Below are positions 34,665-43,159 of a DNA stretch of 43,159 nt, in pieces. The notes beneath the pieces were generated by a model. It had not been told where the DNA came from. It did not search any database and was given only the letters and a program-made list of their open reading frames with translations. A program made the translations under genes and the position numbers. The DNA lies in contig JBDNGT010000103.1 of assembly GCA_041689145.1 (NCBI GenBank), positions 1 to 43,159 of the forward strand, given 5' to 3'. The DNA is from Geopsychrobacter sp. GTDB taxonomy: Bacteria > Desulfobacterota > Desulfuromonadia > Desulfuromonadales > Geopsychrobacteraceae. The stretch's first letter is position 1. Each line of letters opens with the position of its first letter.

Positions 34665-35579
34665 ATGTGCCTATTCCTAACTTTGATTGTTTTACTCATC
34701 ACCTCACCCTGCCTTGCTGCCCCGCACATTGTCGTCAGCATCTCCCCACTCCATTCCTTGGTCAGTTCACTCACCAAGGGAGTCATTGAACCTCAGCTAC
34801 TCCTCCCGCCAGGAGGAAGCCCACACAACGCAAGTCTTCGCCCCTCTCAAGCTCAAGCCTTATCCGAAGCTGATTTGCTGATCTGGATCGGCCCGGAACT
34901 GGAAAGTTTCCTGGCCCAGCCGATAGCGCGCCTGGTTGCGCAACCGGCCGAAATGCAACTGCTCAAGCTGAACACCTTGAAATTACTAACGCAACGGCAT
35001 GGCGGGTTCTGGGAAGAAGATCAGCATGAAGGGAAAATAAAGTCTGAGCATCAGAGCGTCAATCCACATATCTGGTTGTCACCGGAGAATGCAAAACAAA
35101 TGGTGCGCAGCATCTGTGGCCGACTGATCCAGATCGATCCAAAAAACGGCGCGATTTATCAACAAAACCTGGCGGTCCTGTTACAACGAATTGGACGTCT
35201 CAAGCAAAGCCTGAGTGAGAGACTGGCGCCAATCCAGCATCGGCCCTACCTGGTTTTCCATGACGCTTATCCCTACCTTGAAGATGCCTTCGGATTGAAC
35301 GCAATCGGTTCGATCCGGATTTCGGCTGAACGTGCACCTGGAGCACGCCGGCTGCAGCAGATCCAAACCAAGATCTCTGAAAGTGCTGCCAGTTGTCTGT
35401 TCACTGAGCCGCAATTCAGTCCGGCGGTGGCTCAAATACTGACGACCGGCAGCGAACTGAACCTCGGCGTGCTCGATCCGTTGGGCAGCGGCTTAGACAT
35501 AGGGGAAGATCTCTGGTTCAATCTGATGAATAATCTGGCGGATAATTTGGTTGATTGTCTGGGCCAAGAGCCGCGCTGA
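34665..35579 (+). CDS. znuA: Zinc ABC transporter substrate-binding protein
   Basis: SPH....PS, W.GP.LE, NPHIWLSP, VFHDAY, EPQF, LDPLG, short His/Glu loop. Start is ATG 34665 or TTG 34632. Confidence 0.94.
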   Translation: MCLFLTLIVLLITSPCLAAPHIVVSISPLHSLVSSLTKGVIEPQLLLPPGGSPHNASLRPSQAQALSEADLLIWIGPELESFLAQPIARLVAQPAEMQLLKLNTLKLLTQRHGGFWEEDQHEGKIKSEHQSVNPHIWLSPENAKQMVRSICGRLIQIDPKNGAIYQQNLAVLLQRIGRLKQSLSERLAPIQHRPYLVFHDAYPYLEDAFGLNAIGSIRISAERAPGARRLQQIQTKISESAASCLFTEPQFSPAVAQILTTGSELNLGVLDPLGSGLDIGEDLWFNLMNNLADNLVDCLGQEPR

Positions 35580-35613
35580 AAAATCACTTGGGCAGACCCA
35601 ATTTTGAGGAATA

Positions 35614-35654
35614 GACCATCGGGCAAGCAAGGCCCATATGGCTTGACCGATGGT
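35614..35654. terminator. Stem-loop between convergent znuA and the histidine kinase gene
   Basis: gaccatcgg-gcaagc ... gcttga-ccgatggtc inverted repeat, no clear U-tract. Confidence 0.45.
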
Positions 35655-35733
35655 CCAGGGACCTCGCCCATTAAAGGTGATGGTGCTTACATCCACAGGC
35701 ACCCCTTTTCCTACTCCAATAATTCAGAGCGAC

Positions 35734-37602
35734 TTAATGCATAAGAGGCAGGCGGACTTCCAAACGTGTCCCCTGCCCTTTACCGCTGAATAGATCAATC
35801 TTCCCACCATGCGCATCGACAATATACTTGGTGATGCTCAACCCCAAACCGGTACCACGCACCGCAGTATTCGAAGAATCAGCCCGATAAAAACGTTCAA
35901 AGGCATTCGCCCTCTCCTCGTCGGTCATCCCAATTCCCTGATCGACAATATCCAAGCACATCCAGTTCTCTTCCCTGGTCAGGGAAATTTTGACCATTCC
36001 ACCCGCGGGAGAATACTTGATGGCATTCCCCATTAAATTTTCCACCACTTGAGTCAATCGGGCGGCATCTGCCTCGACAAAAACATTGTCTTCTGCAAAA
36101 TCCAGAACGAACTGGTGGTCGCTATTCGTCCCCTCAAAGCCTGCAACGATATGCCGAAAGAGTGCTGCCACGTCAACAGGCGTAAAATCTAGCTTCAGCC
36201 CACGACCATCCTCGATTCGAGAGAGATCAAAAATATCGTCAATCAAACTCGAGAGCTCAATCGATTTATCATTAATGATATGCAAAAACTCTCTTTTCTC
36301 AGCAGTCTTGAATTTCTTTGTGAAGTCGAGTAAAAGCTCGCTAGAACCAAGAATCATGGTTAGAGGTGTTTGCAACTCATGCGCGGCCATAGATACAAAT
36401 TCACTCTTCATCTGATCGATCTTGCGTTCACGAGTGACATCATGAATTAACAAAATCAGACCACGCCCATTGACCGAGGTTTCGCGTAATCGTGAAGCGC
36501 GCCCCTGATAGACCCTCTTGGCCTCCTCACGTGGCATCACAAAATCGAAATCAACAGATTCGTTATTCCCAAGCTCAGTTCTTGCCTTTGCAATTTCAAG
36601 CAGCAAATTGTCATTGCCGATCACATCGGGTAAGCGGCGCCCAAGCACATCATGTGCTTTGAAATTGAAAAGAGCTTCCGCTGCAGGGTTGATTAATAAG
36701 ATACAGTCCTGATGATCGGTCACCAGCAACGCATCAGCCACAGAAGAGACAATCGCATCGATGCGATCCCGTGCCTCCAGAGTCGCTATAAATGCCGTCT
36801 TTTGCGCTAATTGTGCTTTCTTGCGTTCCAAAATTTCAGCGGCCAGTAGTTGATTGGCCGTGGAAAGATCTACAGTCCGCTGATTTACACGATTCTCAAG
36901 GTCTTCGTTCACACGCTGCAGGGCTTTTTCAGCCTGATTACGTGCTTCAATGCTGTTTCGGGCGCGAAACAACACCAACAGTGTCATTAACAACAGACCA
37001 CCAGAAGTTGTGAGAAGTATGTGCAATGATTGCGTAGAGAGACGCGAAAAAGCTTTCTGACCCGAAGTGATATCGTAGTAAACTTCCATCGCCCCATGGA
37101 AAAGACCATCGGTCATCATCGGCACATAAGTCTCTACCAGATCAACATCGGTAGTCGCGCCTTCTGCAGTAAGCGATTTATTGTGAACCATCTTTGAGTA
37201 CAGCTTACCTTGGGCGACAACCTCTCTAAAATATGGGTTTTTATTGATTGTACCGATTTCATCCGAGTCGGTAGAGAAAACGATTTCGCCAAGAGGTGAA
37301 AATATTTTCAACTTGACCAATCTTTCACCTTTTAGAGTCTCCCCCTCAAGGGCTTCACCTTCTTGCAGCTCAACGATTTCGCTGACGAGCGAGTCGGGAA
37401 TGCTACCTGTCCGCAAAGTTAATTGTTCCAAAGAGTTGCTGACAATCAGAGCACGCACAGAACGCACCGCATGACGCTCGGTCTCTTTAATTAAAAGGGC
37501 TTCGTATGAAGGGACGATATAACAGAGGTCGTAAAGTGGGAAAATGATCGCAAAAAGTAATGCAACTAACAAAATATTTCGCAAAAAGGGGATTTTAAGC
37601 AT
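35734..37602 (-). CDS. Membrane PAS-domain sensor histidine kinase (no response regulator adjacent)
   Basis: Two TMs around a periplasmic domain, coiled coil, PAS, AHELQTPL (H box), NAIKYS, DQGIG, FERFYR, GTGLGL. Confidence 0.95.
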   Translation of the reverse strand: MLKIPFLRNILLVALLFAIIFPLYDLCYIVPSYEALLIKETERHAVRSVRALIVSNSLEQLTLRTGSIPDSLVSEIVELQEGEALEGETLKGERLVKLKIFSPLGEIVFSTDSDEIGTINKNPYFREVVAQGKLYSKMVHNKSLTAEGATTDVDLVETYVPMMTDGLFHGAMEVYYDITSGQKAFSRLSTQSLHILLTTSGGLLLMTLLVLFRARNSIEARNQAEKALQRVNEDLENRVNQRTVDLSTANQLLAAEILERKKAQLAQKTAFIATLEARDRIDAIVSSVADALLVTDHQDCILLINPAAEALFNFKAHDVLGRRLPDVIGNDNLLLEIAKARTELGNNESVDFDFVMPREEAKRVYQGRASRLRETSVNGRGLILLIHDVTRERKIDQMKSEFVSMAAHELQTPLTMILGSSELLLDFTKKFKTAEKREFLHIINDKSIELSSLIDDIFDLSRIEDGRGLKLDFTPVDVAALFRHIVAGFEGTNSDHQFVLDFAEDNVFVEADAARLTQVVENLMGNAIKYSPAGGMVKISLTREENWMCLDIVDQGIGMTDEERANAFERFYRADSSNTAVRGTGLGLSITKYIVDAHGGKIDLFSGKGQGTRLEVRLPLMH

Positions 37603-37725
37603 TTAGATCCCTAAACTAGGAGAAGTAGACGATCAAGACTGCCCAATCTGCTAATGATTTACCACAAAATAAAAATTAAAGTACCAAGAATTTCGTAGGA
37701 TCATTTTTTTTAAACAAATTTTAGC

Positions 37726-37754
37726 TTGACATAAAAAGTTAAGTATATATACTT
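37726..37754 (+). promoter_or_regulatory. Candidate orphan sigma70 promoter with palindromic operator
   Basis: TTGACA-N16-TATACT, with the perfect palindrome AAGTATATATACTT at 37741-37754. Confidence 0.5.
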
Positions 37755-37774
37755 TATGAATTTTTACGACGCCT

Positions 37775-38489
37775 TCACTCCTTGAAAATTTTCAAGAGAT
37801 GCGGAACTAATTGTTTTTTGCGCGACAAGACACCGCTGACCAGGTAAAGGTTCGATTCCTGTAGAGGATAACCGATCAGCAAAGGCAGTTCTTTAGGGCC
37901 TGCAGTCAGTAACAAACTGGTCCCTTCTTCAATATCCGTCACCAGCAAGGCGGCCAGAGCATACCCCTTATCATCACGTATTTGAGCAAGTTCTCGTTCA
38001 AGTTCTGCTTTGCGTTTATAAAAAGCATGGAAGCTGACAACTTCAACCTGCCCCAGACCGAGACATTTGGTTCCAACCTCATATTCCTTAAAATCAGTGG
38101 TGATCAATTGGCGTGCGCCGATCGACGTGGCCATCGGACTACCGGACGAGAAGAGCCGGTTCCCAAACGCATTGGGATCAAGCTGGGTCAGTTTTGCCAA
38201 CCAGGAACAGATCTTTCGATCAATCTCCGTCGTTGTAGGTGATTTTAAAATTACGGTATCCGACAAAAGGCCTGACAACAGTAAGCCCGCCATCATTGGA
38301 GCAGGTTCAATTCCCGCCTGTTGGTACAGGGTCGCAACAAGGGTGCAGGTGCTGCCGACGGGTTGAGTTATAAAGCGGATTGGCCGATCTGTTTGAAAGT
38401 TACCCAGTCGGTGATGGTCGATGACTTCAACGATCTCAACCTTATCCGCTCCAGAAATCGCCTGGCTCAGCTCATTATGGTCGACCAGG
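37775..38489 (-). pseudogene. ppaC: Mn-dependent inorganic pyrophosphatase (family II), 5'-truncated
   Basis: Begins abruptly at LVDHNELSQA, has VIDHHRLG, GSTCT, LLSDT..KSPTTT, DFKEY and VLSRKKQLVP (DHHA2). Lacks the N-terminal H..PD.D motif, has no own RBS, and overlaps the upstream gene's 3' end. Confidence 0.85.
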
Positions 38490-39308
38490 CTCTGTGGCGT
38501 GCACCAACTCCCCGCGCACATTACCCAATCCGATAATATTTTTGATCACCGCCATTTGCGGTCGTAATTCTCGATCAAAGCCGACATAAAGATCCCGCAC
38601 TTTGGTTTTAAAAGTTTCAGGCGCCATCAAAACCTTACAGAGCAACAAGTTCCCGGAAAATTCCAGCCGCATCTGCTGATCAGCAAACAGTCTGGAAATA
38701 ACAATCTCCTCCGGCCCCTTGCGGGAGAAGGCCGACACCTTGATGTCACGGCCCGGTACGAGTTGTCCCAAGCGACCGAGACGTAAATTATAGAACGCCG
38801 TCAAAAAATCATAGGTCGGATTTTCAGCACCCATCGGCAACTCTTGCGACTGTTCGACAACACCATTGATTGTTTTTCTATATTTCACCTGTTTTGCAGC
38901 AAAATCGAAGGTATAGCTGGTCTGACGATGAGTCACCTTGCCGTCCTTCCCCTCTTGGGTGTCCGATGTCTGCAGCAACGGTCGCAACATACCGTCAGGG
39001 CCATCTTCCATCAGAGTCGTATAGGTTTCCATCCTGTTGCCGGTAAAAAAAGCAGCCAAGCCGCGTGTGCTTGCCGTGAGCGTGGCAAGATAGGTGCTTT
39101 TTTTTTGGCCCGGCTCAAAACGGATTTCACCTCGAGCGATCTTATCAAACCAGAGGAACGAAACGTTGTAGTTTAAATGTTCCCCCAACAGAGTGCTGGC
39201 AGGTCGTTTAACAGGGAGATCTGTCGAGACTGTCTCGGCAAAAACCATAGACGCAAAACTAACTTGAAGAAGCACTAAAAAAATCAGAGGTTGCATTCTC
39301 ATTGCCAT
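38475..39308 (-). CDS. DUF3108-like exported protein
   Basis: Signal peptide, GEHLNYNVSFLWF, YDFLTAFYNLR, beta-rich composition. Confidence 0.75.
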   Translation of the reverse strand: MAMRMQPLIFLVLLQVSFASMVFAETVSTDLPVKRPASTLLGEHLNYNVSFLWFDKIARGEIRFEPGQKKSTYLATLTASTRGLAAFFTGNRMETYTTLMEDGPDGMLRPLLQTSDTQEGKDGKVTHRQTSYTFDFAAKQVKYRKTINGVVEQSQELPMGAENPTYDFLTAFYNLRLGRLGQLVPGRDIKVSAFSRKGPEEIVISRLFADQQMRLEFSGNLLLCKVLMAPETFKTKVRDLYVGFDRELRPQMAVIKNIIGLGNVRGELVHATEPGRP

Positions 39309-39356
39309 CGACTGCTCTCACAACATAAAAAAACACTAAACACAAAGTCATACTCA

Positions 39357-39784
39357 CTACGGCCGAATCAAAATGGCCTTGAACCAGAAAATCAGACAAA
39401 AGAAAAGCATCAGCGGTAGTCTAGAATGCATGGTTCCAGTTTCGATCTTCACGTCCAACTCATCCACGTGGCCCAAAGCCATATGGATTAAAAAATAGCA
39501 GTAACCAAGAAAAATAAAAAGACCGGGTACCAACTTGAGACCATCTAGTCGTCCAAGCTTACCATCCAGGGCCATCAAAAAGACGGATAAACTGGCAACC
39601 AGCAGGATCAGAATTTCGTGAGCCCAGGTTTAAGAGCGACTGCCATCGCCGCAAGTAAAGCAGTGGCACCTAGAATCAAGCCAATATTGGCGATATTTGA
39701 GCCGATGATATTACCGGCAGCAAGACTAGAGAAATTTTTAAATACGATCGCGAAGGAAAAGACCCCGCTGAGAATAAAGGGCAC
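39357..39784 (-). pseudogene. Ca2+/Na+ antiporter (YrbG/CaCA family) pseudogene
   Basis: LAAGNIIGSNIANIGLILGATALL (alpha repeat), frameshift near 39625 into EILILLVASLSVFLMALDGKLGRLDG. The N-terminal helices and most of the second repeat are absent. Confidence 0.85.
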
Positions 39785-39849
39785 AGAGCGTGTTTAAACC
39801 GACCCTGGAGCCAACCTACCAGTTGCACGTATTAGTTGAATCCGGGTCC

Positions 39850-39884
39850 AAAAAAAAGATGCGGCCATATTAATAGACCACATC
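39850..39884 (-). terminator. Intrinsic terminator of mucR
   Basis: Minus strand gatgtggtc-loop-ggccgcatc (two G-U pairs) followed by T8. Confidence 0.75.
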
Positions 39885-39909
39885 CCTTTTTTTAAAAAAT
39901 CCAAAATCG

Positions 39910-40338
39910 TTATTTCTTCTTCGCCTTGGCTGCGCGAGCCTTGGCCAGGCCGCCGGCCAAATCCTTATCTAAGGCCATCTGCCGTCTACTTTCGACATAA
40001 TCCTTAGCCGCCAATGTTGTGCTGGCAGGAATATCAAATTTAGTCCGATATTCTTTAGGCGTCATCTCGTGTGCGGTACCCAAGTGACGTTTAAGAGTAA
40101 CAAATCCCTTGCCACAAACCATGCATGTAATCTGTTTCTTCCCAAATGCTTTCTTTTTAGAAATTGCGGGAGCATCTTCATTGACAACTTCTACCGCGGG
40201 CAGTTCTTCACCTTTATCCATAGCAGACAACGCAGCATGGAGTTCTTTGAGCTCGGCAAAAAGCTCATCCTTTGTCATCGCTGTTGATTGTGCATGTGCA
40301 GAGACAATTTTAGCGGCTAATTCGGTAATGGTCGACAT
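39910..40338 (-). CDS. mucR: Ros/MucR family transcriptional regulator
   Basis: LAAKIVSAH, PAIS.KKAF, ITCMVCGKGFVTLKRHLGTAH zinc finger, TPKEYR.KF. AAGGA RBS before ATG 40338. Confidence 0.95.
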   Translation of the reverse strand: MSTITELAAKIVSAHAQSTAMTKDELFAELKELHAALSAMDKGEELPAVEVVNEDAPAISKKKAFGKKQITCMVCGKGFVTLKRHLGTAHEMTPKEYRTKFDIPASTTLAAKDYVESRRQMALDKDLAGGLAKARAAKAKKK

Positions 40339-40759
40339 TTGGATTTCCTTTGTAGTTGGTTGATTCCCTCTCGGCTGCAATTATAATGAAATTATTAATG
40401 GATGCAACTATAAGTTGAATTATTATTGCGATAATAAATTTCGGAAATTCTAATAGCGTCATATTTTTTCGCTTAACCATCACATCATGAATACAACAGT
40501 CAAAATCATTAACCCTTTTCATCGAGGGTTAAACCACTGTTTTGCGACCGCCTGATCTCAGTCTGCAGTCTCTTAGACAGAAAGGCCTTTGAACCTCAAA
40601 TTTGATTTTAAAAGGTCCTGCGCGCGAGCAGAAAGCCTAAATTATGGACCATAAATCAGCGGGGCACGAGTAGATAAGCCACATGAATCCGCTAAGCTCA
40701 TGATGGCTCGCCTAGATCAGCGCATGGCGACTTAAACAATCGGAACGCGACCAGAAACT

Positions 40760-40957
40760 AAATGGGTCTGGGCGGCCGCCCTGCTCTCCCTGGTGCTGCA
40801 GGCCGCCCTGATGTACACCCCGCTGGCGAGGGTCTTCAAGATAACCCCGCTCGGCCTTGAGGATCTTGGCATATTGCTCGTTAGCGGTTTGCTGTTCCTG
40901 CTAACCGCCCTGCTCTATCAGAGCTTGGTCCAGAAAACTACTCAGCGGTACGGATAA
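40760..40957 (+). pseudogene. C-terminal fragment of a cation-transporting P-type ATPase
   Basis: Not in the ORF track. KWVWAAALLSLVLQAALMYTPLARVFKITPLGLEDLGILLVSG...* resembles the last two TMs of Cation_ATPase_C. No upstream coding sequence. Confidence 0.75.
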
Positions 40958-42467
40958 TGACATCGATACGCCGATTGATCGTCCGCCCGGCCTGTGTGTC
41001 ATTCTTAGACAACGGCCTTTCGGCGCCATAGCCGATCGACATGACCCGCTCGGGCTTGATCGTTTGATTGGCGACAAAATATTCGCGCACGGCATCGGCA
41101 CGCTGTTGCGAAAGCCGTTCGTTAGTGGCCGCAGATCCGGTACTGTCGGTATGCCCCTCAATCACGATGTCCGGCTCGCCGAATGTGTGGATGGCTGAAC
41201 GGACAGTGCTGAGGAGTTCATAGTTATCCGGCGTAATAAATGACTGACCGACCGGGAAACGGATCGCCTTCAGGCGGATAACCAGATCATGACCCTGTTT
41301 ATAAACCTCGGCCTGCTCCTTGGAAAACAACTTCTGCACCTCAACAAAACGTAACTGGAAGCGATGCTCTGCTTCGAGCTGAGCGTTTGTTTCACGTTCC
41401 TTTGCTTCGAGCAGTTCACGGGCCTTCTGAGCTTCTATCGACTCCCCTTCGAGCGACGCAATCTGTTGCTTGTAGTCGAAAATCTCCTGTTGTTTTTCCT
41501 TGATCTTCGCCTCCAGGGTGGCCCGATCCTCCCTAATCTTCTTTTGTAAAAACAGATTGTCTTTCTGCAGGGTTAATATTGAGACATGGATATTTTGCAA
41601 TTGCACGGCCCACTCTTGATCGCGCATATCGGGAGCATTGAGCTTGACTGTCGTTTGCTGCAGCAGATCCTCGACCCAGAGCGCAGAGGCTTCCGAACTC
41701 ACTGAGTCGATTTTTTTGGACTGAATCATCACCTGCTCCAGCCGTTTTGCCTGAAACATGGCGGCCGCCGTCTTACGTTGAATCTGCTCACTCTCATAGC
41801 GCTTCTCACTAATGAACTTATCAGCCTCGGCCAGGGATTTCTTGGCAACTTCAAGGGTCACCGGAGCTATTTTCTGCGCCAGATCCTCTTCAGCCTTAGC
41901 CAGACGTGCACGAACCTCTCCCAGCGCTGCGTCCTTGATGGCGCGCAATTCAAGCACAGAGTAGGCCTGGGCGACCCTCAGGTGGTTATTTTTGGCGAGC
42001 GCGACATTACCGTCTTCAATACTCCGCGTTAGGCTCAAAAAGTCGTCTTCAACCCTTTGGTAGTCTTTGGCGTACTCCATCACGTTGACTTTATTCGCAG
42101 CATTTCTGGCATCGATCGCTGGGCCAATAACGGTTTTAGCCACCCGGGCATAATCCTCAGCCTTTTCGAGATAGGCCTGGCCATAGGCGATATTCTCCAA
42201 AACCTGTGCGGCGGATTCACCAAGAGACATCCCCTTGCGAGCTTCCTCCAGCGCAGCGCCAGCTTTGGCAAACCAATCAGGGGAGAGCACGTTAAACTGC
42301 TTTTGGCGTCCATCAACTACGGAACTGGTCAATTCCGTCAACTGGGCAGTGGGATCATCGGTCATTTGGACTTTAGCGGGCTGAATCTTTGGCGCTCCGC
42401 AAGCAGAGAGGAGCGCTACCAGGATAATGACCGCCGCCAAAGCCCATTTTTTGTATTGATAAGACAT
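40938..42467 (-). CDS. OmpA-family lipoprotein with a long helical/coiled-coil N-terminal region
   Basis: Lipobox LSAC. C-terminal IEGHTDSTG...N.RLSQQRA..V...GYG..P...N....GR..NRRID. GAGGAG RBS before ATG 42467. Confidence 0.93.
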   Translation of the reverse strand: MSYQYKKWALAAVIILVALLSACGAPKIQPAKVQMTDDPTAQLTELTSSVVDGRQKQFNVLSPDWFAKAGAALEEARKGMSLGESAAQVLENIAYGQAYLEKAEDYARVAKTVIGPAIDARNAANKVNVMEYAKDYQRVEDDFLSLTRSIEDGNVALAKNNHLRVAQAYSVLELRAIKDAALGEVRARLAKAEEDLAQKIAPVTLEVAKKSLAEADKFISEKRYESEQIQRKTAAAMFQAKRLEQVMIQSKKIDSVSSEASALWVEDLLQQTTVKLNAPDMRDQEWAVQLQNIHVSILTLQKDNLFLQKKIREDRATLEAKIKEKQQEIFDYKQQIASLEGESIEAQKARELLEAKERETNAQLEAEHRFQLRFVEVQKLFSKEQAEVYKQGHDLVIRLKAIRFPVGQSFITPDNYELLSTVRSAIHTFGEPDIVIEGHTDSTGSAATNERLSQQRADAVREYFVANQTIKPERVMSIGYGAERPLSKNDTQAGRTINRRIDVIIRTAE

Positions 42468-42506
42468 GTCCATTCTCCTCATAAAATCAGACCGCTATAC
42501 TAACAG

Positions 42507-43159
42507 CTATACGGCAAAATATTTGGCCTGGGGATGGTGCGCCACCAGGGCCGAAGTGGTCATTTCCGGTACCATCTCATAATTCTCGGTCAAGCTGACC
42601 CCGATCCTTTCCGGCTTGAGCAGATCGAAGGTCGGTTGCTGCAGTTCAAGATCGGGGCAGGCCGGATAGCCGAACCCGTAGCGGCTGCCGCGATACTGCT
42701 GGATGACATACCCGCCGACCTCTTTCGGTTCGGGCTCAACTATCCCGAGTTCACGGCGCATCTGCAGGTGCCAGTACTCGGCCAGGGCATCAGTCAACTC
42801 AACGCCGAACCCGTGCCAGAGCAGATAGTCCTTGTAGGCATCAGCCTCGTAGAGAGCTTTGGTCTTCTCTGCCAGTTTGGCGCCGAGGGTCACGACGAAC
42901 AGTCCGGCAATATCACTCCCTTCTTCACGCGTACGGAAGAAATCGCTGACACAGTGGTTGGGCGCAAAACCCTGCCGCGGGAATCCGAAGCGGTAGTCTT
43001 TGTCGGAATCCTCAAGGACCAGCTCATCCCCCTCGCTCCGGCAATTAAAGTAGCCGTAAGCAACCTGCGGCTGTAAAAGGCCCTCGGCAATCGCCTCACG
43101 TTGAATCTTGGCGTAGGCCGGCAGGACTTCGTTCTGCACCAGATCTGCATAGGCTTCGG
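42507..43159 (-). CDS. metH: B12-dependent methionine synthase, C-terminal activation domain (gene enters from the window edge)
   Basis: YGYF, FPRQ, DFFR, ALAEYWH, YRGSRYGFGYPACPDL, PEMTTSA...HHPQAKYF. Confidence 0.9.
   Translation of the reverse strand, partial: EAYADLVQNEVLPAYAKIQREAIAEGLLQPQVAYGYFNCRSEGDELVLEDSDKDYRFGFPRQGFAPNHCVSDFFRTREEGSDIAGLFVVTLGAKLAEKTKALYEADAYKDYLLWHGFGVELTDALAEYWHLQMRRELGIVEPEPKEVGGYVIQQYRGSRYGFGYPACPDLELQQPTFDLLKPERIGVSLTENYEMVPEMTTSALVAHHPQAKYFAV

Noticed and set aside
1-43159. tRNA, rRNA, riboswitch, integrase or prophage genes
   Set aside because: None recognised by eye. A tRNAscan/Rfam run would be needed to exclude small RNAs formally.

Overview
This 43-kb window is chromosomal DNA from an anaerobic Desulfuromonadales-like deltaproteobacterium, inferred from the GSU3473-family genes, MucR, rubredoxin and the divergent znuA / zur-znuCB layout. 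Most of it is housekeeping: M42 peptidase, PHP protein, miaB, M48 protease, AMMECR1/amrA, rubredoxin, galE, rlmD, lysA with an Lrp regulator, pgsA with a YqeG-like phosphatase, ABC-F, ppiC, rhlE, znu/zur, a PAS histidine kinase, mucR, an OmpA lipoprotein and the 3' end of metH. Accessory or unusual elements are: (i) a 7-kb catabolic cluster (PotABCD-like ABC transporter, Cys/Cys proline-racemase-family enzyme, amidohydrolase-3); (ii) an apparently tandem DAC-fold protein whose catalytic motifs differ from canonical diadenylate cyclases; (iii) a 157-bp MITE-like element in front of galE; (iv) a mobile-DNA graveyard at 29.2-29.8 kb (collapsed group IIC intron, three adjacent tandem duplications, and a GTAG REP doublet at which a gene is truncated); (v) six decayed genes plus the intron ORF, several keeping both ends but missing their middles; (vi) readable cis-regulatory elements (Zur box, Lrp box, candidate attenuators before rhlE and the ABC-F gene, an orphan promoter). 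I saw no CRISPR array, rRNA, tRNA, prophage or recognisable defence system. All family calls come from motif recognition by eye; no database search was run.
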